39,402 nt of DNA. Source: a virus. Its lineage: Duplodnaviria; Caudoviricetes. Location: the IMG/VR virus record IMGVR_UViG_3300005077_000043, positions 1 through 39,402 of that record; one strand, given 5' to 3'. The first letter of the stretch is position 1; the number at the start of each line of letters is the position of its first letter. Shown one piece after another: positions 36,090 to 39,402 of the stretch. The notes below the pieces were generated by a model. The model was not told the origin of the DNA, ran no database searches, and saw only the letters and a list, made by a program, of their open reading frames with translations. Position numbers and translations under genes: made by a program.

Positions 36090-37012
36090 TGAAGAAAATG
36101 TTGATTATATGCCTGTTTTTTGCGTCCTTAGCCTTCGCGCAGGCAACAGGAAATCTCTGGCCGTACTATGAGTTTAAGTCGGCTGATTCGGCCTTCCTGA
36201 TACTCCATAATTCTTCCGGCTTTGACACTCTTGTTTCTGTCACGGACACGACTCGGATAGACACTTCAATCTCTTGTGGCTCACTCGCCGACGGTGTAAA
36301 CGTCCTCGAATTTGCCGTCTACTATATCGGTGATACAACCAAGTATTCGGCGACCGATATTTTCAATAACGTCTATACAGGTGGAGATGCTGCTGCGGGC
36401 AGTTTGTCTGTGAAGTACGATGTTGCCTTTTGTGACTCAATAATGATGATTCACGAATCACAAGGGTCAGTTGATACGACAATATGGACTTCGGTTTATG
36501 GAATAGACACTACTATTGCCTGCGCCTCAATGGATATTGGCGTTCATAATTTCATTGTTCGCTTTCTGTATAACGGAATAACCGATTGGCTTTCGGGGTC
36601 GATTATCTTCCACAACTCATCAGCCGCGGGCGGGGTCACTTATGCCAGTACATCGGTCGATTACGTGACTTGCTACATAAATATGGCATATAGCCAAGTG
36701 TCGCCGGGCGGAGTGTTATCAAAGATCACCAGCGGTAAAGCCTTCTTGACTTTAATAGGTGAGCCGGGGATTCACTTCTGCGATTCAACATGGGGATTTA
36801 TTCCGATATCGTATCCGGCAAAAGCGGATCCTAATGGTCGATTCACATTTTATGTTCCGGCCAATACAAAGCTCTGTCCGCCTGGCTCGTATTACGAGCT
36901 TCGATTTGCGGGGATACCGGGCAGTTATTTCTTCGGGTCATCTTATACCCGCTTTCTTGTTGACACGCTGCCCGACCCGCTGAACATTCTTGACGCGCCG
37001 AGGGTACCGTGA
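36089..37012 (+). CDS. Secreted protein with two internal repeats and fibre-anchor-like C-terminal domain
   Basis: MKKMLIICLFFASLAFA|QA; repeats around IDTSISC/IDTTIAC; ADPNGRF...PAN...PPGSYY. Confidence 0.7.
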   Translation: MKKMLIICLFFASLAFAQATGNLWPYYEFKSADSAFLILHNSSGFDTLVSVTDTTRIDTSISCGSLADGVNVLEFAVYYIGDTTKYSATDIFNNVYTGGDAAAGSLSVKYDVAFCDSIMMIHESQGSVDTTIWTSVYGIDTTIACASMDIGVHNFIVRFLYNGITDWLSGSIIFHNSSAAGGVTYASTSVDYVTCYINMAYSQVSPGGVLSKITSGKAFLTLIGEPGIHFCDSTWGFIPISYPAKADPNGRFTFYVPANTKLCPPGSYYELRFAGIPGSYFFGSSYTRFLVDTLPDPLNILDAPRVP

Positions 37013-37461
37013 TGAAAGACCATCCCCATTATGAAATCATACGCCGGATAGCCTTTGCTCATTATAATGTGGCCTATATCTACGGCGGGAAGAAGTATCG
37101 GATCGGGTTCGATTGTTCGGGGTTCGTTCATGATATCCTAACGGCGGTCGGGCGCCTTCCGGAAATAAAGACGGGTATGTCGGCCGCGATGATATTTGAT
37201 TATTTCAAATCTCGAGATTACCAGGTCTTCCAGGGGGCTCCGTTTGAGGGCTGTCTGGTTTTCTACGGGAGCCTATTTCGTATCAGCCACATAATGTACT
37301 GCCTTGACGGAGGAATAACGATAGGAGCTGCGGGAGGCAGCGAGAAGTGTACTACAGTGTCAAAGGCGGCCGAACTCGATGCGCGGGTGAAGTGCTTGCC
37401 CTATAACTATCGGGACGATGTTGTTGGATTCATAGATATCTTCGAAAAAGAAAAGAGGTAA
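37009..37461 (+). CDS. NlpC/P60 peptidoglycan endopeptidase (endolysin)
   Basis: Y.YGG, GFDCSGFV catalytic Cys, G.LVFY, SHI catalytic His; no signal peptide. Confidence 0.88.
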   Translation: MMKDHPHYEIIRRIAFAHYNVAYIYGGKKYRIGFDCSGFVHDILTAVGRLPEIKTGMSAAMIFDYFKSRDYQVFQGAPFEGCLVFYGSLFRISHIMYCLDGGITIGAAGGSEKCTTVSKAAELDARVKCLPYNYRDDVVGFIDIFEKEKR

Positions 37462-37464
37462 ATT

Positions 37465-37710
37465 ATGGCGGTAAAGCTTGCTCCTGAAACAAACCGGGCC
37501 TACAGTCTTGGTTTTGCGGCTCTGATTTTAGTTGCGGTTCTTTGCGGTATTGTGTTATATCAGAAGCCGGAACAGTGGTCGTACATCTTGACTCAGTTCA
37601 TGGATTACGGCAAATGGATCGTCATCACGCTGGTTGGTGGCAAAGCTCTTGAGAAGAGCGTTCAGAAATTTATAGGGCCGAAGGGCCTGGATGATGGAGG
37701 TACAAAGTGA
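37465..37710 (+). CDS. Putative holin
   Basis: 81 aa, one strong and one weaker TM, GGKALEK motif, adjacent to endolysin. Confidence 0.65.
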   Translation: MAVKLAPETNRAYSLGFAALILVAVLCGIVLYQKPEQWSYILTQFMDYGKWIVITLVGGKALEKSVQKFIGPKGLDDGGTK

Positions 37711-38195
37711 AGTTGAAAATCTGTACTCTGATGATTGTGGCCCTGCTGTTGCTGGTGTCGGCAGACGGCATTCTGGCTCAGGTCGATATGTATGGCGTTG
37801 GAAGCGCCGGGGTCCTATTCAATGGCGATAACACAAAGTTCGCCTTGGCAGTGGGCGGAAACACCAAGATCAAGTCCGATACCGGATTCGTCACGTATAA
37901 TCAGACGATTATGAAATATTCCGATGGCTTCAAGGGGAGTGGCGAAATCCAAGAGGTCTGCACATTTATTATGAGCGAGAAAACCCTGGGGATCGGCAAA
38001 TCATACGCCGCTTTTGGGACCGGAGCAATCGTCGGCATTAATGACGGTTCCGATGATTTCAATATGGCTATCAAGGCGGAGCTTGGCTATGGTATTGGCT
38101 GGAAGTGCGGGCTATCCATCGGCATTGAATATGTGCCAATTACGGATGCCCCGGACAGGTCGTTTATCTACGGCTCAATAGATTTATTCCGTTAG
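37707..38195 (+). CDS. Outer-membrane beta-barrel protein (about 8 strands)
   Basis: Signal peptide ...GILA|QV; alternating amphipathic strands (FALAVGG, AELGYGI, LSIGIEY); ends FIYGSIDLFR. Confidence 0.65.
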   Translation: MKLKICTLMIVALLLLVSADGILAQVDMYGVGSAGVLFNGDNTKFALAVGGNTKIKSDTGFVTYNQTIMKYSDGFKGSGEIQEVCTFIMSEKTLGIGKSYAAFGTGAIVGINDGSDDFNMAIKAELGYGIGWKCGLSIGIEYVPITDAPDRSFIYGSIDLFR

Positions 38196-38226
38196 AAGCG
38201 GTCCTTTTCGCATCCCTTCCGCTCTC

Positions 38227-38264
38227 CGGCCAGACTACCAGCCCACAGTCTGGCCGTTTTTTTT
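38227..38264 (+). terminator. Intrinsic terminator of late operon
   Basis: CGGCCAGACT/AGTCTGGCCG 10-bp stem followed by 8 T. Confidence 0.88.
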
Positions 38265-38341
38265 GAAAAAATCCCACATTAATAGTAGTCTCTTTTTTTG
38301 GCCTATTTTGTGTTATTTTGTGTTTTTATGTGTTTTTTTGC

Positions 38342-38369
38342 TTGACAAGGATTAAAGAATCAGTATATT
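38342..38369 (+). promoter_or_regulatory. Sigma70-type promoter of rightward early/replication operon
   Basis: TTGACA-16 nt-TATATT, T-rich upstream tract. Confidence 0.7.
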
Positions 38370-38403
38370 GCTGTCGACCACAATAACAGAGGAGTTGGTA
38401 GAT

Positions 38404-38592
38404 ATGATAATTCCCGGATTAGAGTATAAGCCGTATTACACACTGGCGGAGTTACGGAGAACGTTTAAGATGTCCTGGACGACTGCTCGGGCTGTTTTTC
38501 GTCGCACTCTGGTTGACGGGTACGATAAGCCGCGGGTGACTCGCGGTGAAGTAGAGCGGGTATTTGAGATGCAGAAGAAGGAGTCCGAATAA
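38404..38592 (+). CDS. Excisionase/MerR-like HTH protein
   Basis: YYTLAELRRTFKMSWTTA...RVTRGEVER; GAGGAG SD before ATG 38404. Confidence 0.65.
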   Translation: MIIPGLEYKPYYTLAELRRTFKMSWTTARAVFRRTLVDGYDKPRVTRGEVERVFEMQKKESE

Positions 38593-38867
38593 TGCAGAAG
38601 AATCGAGAGATCGAACCTACGTACACGACGGATAGGGTGTTAATCCATTTCCGCGATGAAAACGCTGCCACTGCAATCTTCACGGTTGAGCCGGGTGATG
38701 AATTGTCGTGGAATATCGTTAATAATGCCGTCATCATCAGGCAGACGGTGATTCAGAAAGAACAGAAGACGTCCTGCTCGATCATTATCCCTGGCGGCAA
38801 GAAGACGGTGCATATCAATGCTATTCCCCTCGACACCGTTCGGTTTGTTGAGGTCCTTGAGCACTAA
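38592..38867 (+). CDS. Hypothetical beta-rich protein
   Basis: 91 aa, AAGGAG SD, TAATG coupling. Confidence 0.7.
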   Translation: MQKNREIEPTYTTDRVLIHFRDENAATAIFTVEPGDELSWNIVNNAVIIRQTVIQKEQKTSCSIIIPGGKKTVHINAIPLDTVRFVEVLEH

Positions 38868-38978
38868 GGCATAGCGCTTCGGCGCTGTTTTACTCCTATA
38901 TATGTCAGTGGTACCGGGCGGTCGTGGTATGGCCGTCCGGGTTAAAAATGTCAATGGAAGGGAAAGAGGAGTAGTCTC

Positions 38979-39293
38979 ATGACACGCAAAGAAGTATGGT
39001 GGAAGATATTCGACGCATACAGTACGCCGCAGATGAAGAGGTCTGGTGGTCAGTCTTGTATTGCCGTAGAGGGTCTTTGTTATGCGGTACAGCATGTTTG
39101 TATCTTTAGGGCTATCGCCGAAACAGAACTTTACCATAAATTAAAAAATGACTTAAGAAGTGTCGAAAATTGTAGGGACCACTGGTATCCGTGTTTATCG
39201 GACGACAGCGACGATATTCGTGCGATGTTCGCCTACTGGATGTACATAATGACGGACGAAGAGTACGAAGAGTACGAAGATACGTTTGCTTAA
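38979..39293 (+). CDS. Hypothetical protein
   Basis: 104 aa, GAGGAG SD. Confidence 0.7.
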   Translation: MTRKEVWWKIFDAYSTPQMKRSGGQSCIAVEGLCYAVQHVCIFRAIAETELYHKLKNDLRSVENCRDHWYPCLSDDSDDIRAMFAYWMYIMTDEEYEEYEDTFA

Positions 39294-39331
39294 GATAAAA
39301 AGCTCTTTGAAAACTGAATGGGGAAGTGGTA

Positions 39332-39402
39332 ATGGGTTTGAGACCTCGTGTTGAAAGAAGCACAAATAGAACCCCTGTCGTGGCTACCCCTTCCCCAAAA
39401 AT
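39332..39402 (+). CDS. 5' part of an ORF running off the end; in frame with 1..289 if circular
   Basis: ATG 39332, 23 codons plus 2 nt; AT + base 1 (C) gives ATC and continues into LQDFQKW. Confidence 0.45.
   Translation, partial: MGLRPRVERSTNRTPVVATPSPK

Noticed and set aside
8161-36983. Many minus-strand and alternate-frame ORFs over the late operon (e.g. 8161..8877, 10408..11013, 12952..13602, 14456..15154, 22938..23552)
   Set aside because: Shadows of well-supported plus-strand genes; no SD or recognisable motifs
29215-37012. Exported proteins as mere lysogenic-conversion (moron) genes
   Set aside because: Cannot be excluded for 32786 and 33516, but they are coupled within the late operon without own promoters or terminators, and the same signals occur on the core adaptor and nozzle
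1-39402. tRNA, integrase/att site, reverse transcriptase (DGR), glycosyltransferase, alternative genetic code
   Set aside because: No supporting motifs seen; long genes are intact under the standard code

Overview
The window looks like a complete or near-complete ~39.4 kb genome of a short-tailed (podovirus-like) dsDNA phage; the two ends join in frame. It carries a small host-dependent replication module (initiator fragment, DnaC/IstB-like loader, RHH and HTH regulators), a leftward early operon of small and partly eroded genes, and a strand-skewed non-coding control region with repeated TGCAA-N4-TTGCA palindromes. The long rightward late operon runs terS, terL, portal, scaffold, major capsid, two paralogous adaptor proteins, nozzle, three Cys-free ejection proteins (the largest with ART-like and ParB-like domains), fibres/spikes, NlpC/P60 endolysin, holin and an outer-membrane beta-barrel. 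The standout observation: seven tail-type proteins (second adaptor, nozzle, needle-position protein, four fibre/spike/appendage proteins) begin with Sec-type signal peptides and are rich in D-(S/T)-hydrophobic motifs, the O-glycosylation sequon known from Bacteroidota. Head, packaging and ejection proteins lack both. This suggests a tail that is exported, disulfide-bonded and glycosylated in the periplasm by host machinery, then joined to a cytoplasmic head. Family assignments are by motif recognition from memory and all counts are by hand; no searches were run.
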